Assembly: GCA_018304385.1 (NCBI GenBank)
Contig: JAGVWJ010000061.1
Coordinates: 1-15,633, forward strand
Direction: 5' to 3'
Length of the DNA stretch: 15,633 bases
DNA from: Candidatus Micrarchaeota archaeon
GTDB lineage: Archaea; Micrarchaeota; Micrarchaeia; Anstonellales; Bilamarchaeaceae
This document shows, in pieces, positions 14,538-15,633 of the stretch. Below the pieces are notes generated by a model, which was given only the letters and a program-made list of their open reading frames with translations, made no database searches and was not told the DNA's origin. How positions within the stretch are numbered: the first letter of the stretch is position 1; each line of letters starts with the position of its first letter. Made by a program: the position numbers and the translations under genes.

Positions 14538-14798
14538 TTATGGTCCGTGTACGCCCGCAATTATTGCTGCGGCTATAATAATACTTATACCAATTGTCAC
14601 TCCCATTACTATCTGTCCCATATAATTAGCAACAGCTACATTTCCTTTTTTTAATTCCTCTCTTTCTTTAATGTCTGGAGTAAGTTTATCAACTATAATT
14701 GGTACTAAAACTGCGGATACTATCGCAATTAAAATTCCTAACAATGCGCTAAATAATGTCCATACTGAAGCATTGAGTAGATCTGATGTTTCAACCAT
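14538..14798 (-). CDS. DUF350-family small membrane protein
   Basis: 86 aa, two hydrophobic helices flanking DKLTPDIKEREELKKGNVAVA; TAATG coupling to speD. Confidence 0.8.
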   Translation of the reverse strand: MVETSDLLNASVWTLFSALLGILIAIVSAVLVPIIVDKLTPDIKEREELKKGNVAVANYMGQIVMGVTIGISIIIAAAIIAGVHGP

Positions 14799-15187
14799 TA
14801 AACCACCATCTCAGTTTTATGTTCTGTTGTTTTTCCACGTGAAATTCTTGTGATTTTTATCTTTTCTAATTTTAATCTTACTTTTAATTCATTTAATACA
14901 AGCATTGGGTCTTTTTCCCCACATGTAAATATGTCAATAGCTGCATAGTTATATTCTGGCCATGTATGTATTGCAATATGCGATTCTGCAAGCAATGCAT
15001 ATCCGGTTACGCCGCGAGGCACAAACTTGCGTGTTGTTAATTCCAATATTGCAAATTTTCCAGCATTTGCTGCTGCAACTAAACTTTCCTTAACTAGTTT
15101 TTCATCATTTAGCAAATGCTGTTCACTTCCTACTGCCTCAACAATTAGATGCTTTCCTGCAATTCCATTTTCTTGCATTGTTTGCAT
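14798..15187 (-). CDS. speD: S-adenosylmethionine decarboxylase proenzyme
   Basis: GVTGYALLAE|SHIAIHTWPEYNYAAIDIFTCG, the pyruvoyl self-cleavage signature. Confidence 0.95.
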   Translation of the reverse strand: MQTMQENGIAGKHLIVEAVGSEQHLLNDEKLVKESLVAAANAGKFAILELTTRKFVPRGVTGYALLAESHIAIHTWPEYNYAAIDIFTCGEKDPMLVLNELKVRLKLEKIKITRISRGKTTEHKTEMVV

Positions 15188-15209
15188 GGATTTCTATAAT
15201 TCTTTAATA

Positions 15210-15217
15210 TTTATAAA
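15210..15217. promoter_or_regulatory. Palindromic TATA box, probable bidirectional promoter
   Basis: TTTATAAA lies exactly 22 nt from both the speD ATG (15187, minus) and the lipoprotein ATG (15240, plus). Confidence 0.6.
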
Positions 15218-15239
15218 GCTTCCACCACCAATTTATGTT

Positions 15240-15633
15240 ATGCGATCTTTGCTTTTTATATTCGGACTTGTTTTTCTTTTGTTTTTAGCCGGCTGCAGTG
15301 GTATCAGTCAATCACAACCAAGTAAAAACGATAGCGCACCATCGCCGCAACCAACTCCTCAGCCCGCACCTCCACCAGGCGATGATGATTATCCACCACC
15401 TTTACCAGATGATAGCAAAGCAGAAACTTCTGATAAAGAAGAAGATTTAGAACTTAATTTGGCTGCTTCTTCTGCAACTTGTAGTGCAACTTCTCCTGCA
15501 GCATCAGGAACAATAAATCTAAACGAATCTGTGACAGCTGGTTCTTATTCATATAAACTAATAGAACTGACTAGTGCTGGAAAAGCAAAGATATCAGTGC
15601 AACAAGGTGGAGTAGAAAGGTACAGAGTAACAT
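15240..15633 (+). CDS. 3'-truncated lipoprotein with a Pro/Asp-rich linker (not in the ORF track)
   Basis: Manual translation: MRSLLFIFGLVFLLFLAGCSGISQSQPSKNDSAPSPQPTPQPAPPPGDDDYPPPLP..., open to the window end; LAGC lipobox. Confidence 0.8.
   Translation, partial: MRSLLFIFGLVFLLFLAGCSGISQSQPSKNDSAPSPQPTPQPAPPPGDDDYPPPLPDDSKAETSDKEEDLELNLAASSATCSATSPAASGTINLNESVTAGSYSYKLIELTSAGKAKISVQQGGVERYRVT

Noticed and set aside
12201-14853. Opposite-strand ORFs 12201-12761, 12964-13434, 13788-14105 and 14671-14853
   Set aside because: They are antisense shadows of the polyamine-cluster genes.
1-15633. CRISPR array, tRNA genes, transposase or IS elements, 16S rRNA
   Set aside because: No regularly spaced repeats, cloverleaf with T-loop consensus, transposase motifs or 16S landmarks were seen by eye. 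A tRNAscan/cmscan run would be needed to exclude split or permuted tRNAs.

Overview
Archaeal window, probably DPANN and possibly Micrarchaeota-like (inferred from GGTGA/GGAG ribosome-binding sites, TATA boxes, LAGC lipoproteins and a divergent stand-alone 23S). The centre (~7215-12001) is a single 23S rRNA gene with no adjacent 16S or 5S. It is interrupted by eight introns (35-702 nt, 1874 nt in total) that I resolved by hand using the bulge-helix-bulge (BHB) splicing rule. Removing them restores the P-loop, the peptidyl-transferase centre and the sarcin-ricin loop and leaves ~2.9 kb. Two introns carry LAGLIDADG homing endonucleases, one antisense to the rRNA. The most striking observation is a 74-nt BHB-bounded element in the 23S 5' leader (7082-7155). 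It shares both splice junctions and a covarying two-hairpin module with the ORF-less 234-nt intron at 11244-11477, suggesting a small mobile structured RNA. Left flank: Cys-rich glycosidase-like protein, NRAMP transporter with a palindromic operator, a candidate structured RNA, glutamate dehydrogenase, and a membrane-anchored wHTH regulator followed by two exported proteins. Right flank: a DUF4178 / split speE / DUF350 / speD polyamine cluster and a truncated lipoprotein. E. coli rRNA positions come from manual alignment to remembered consensus sequence. No searches or folding programs were run.
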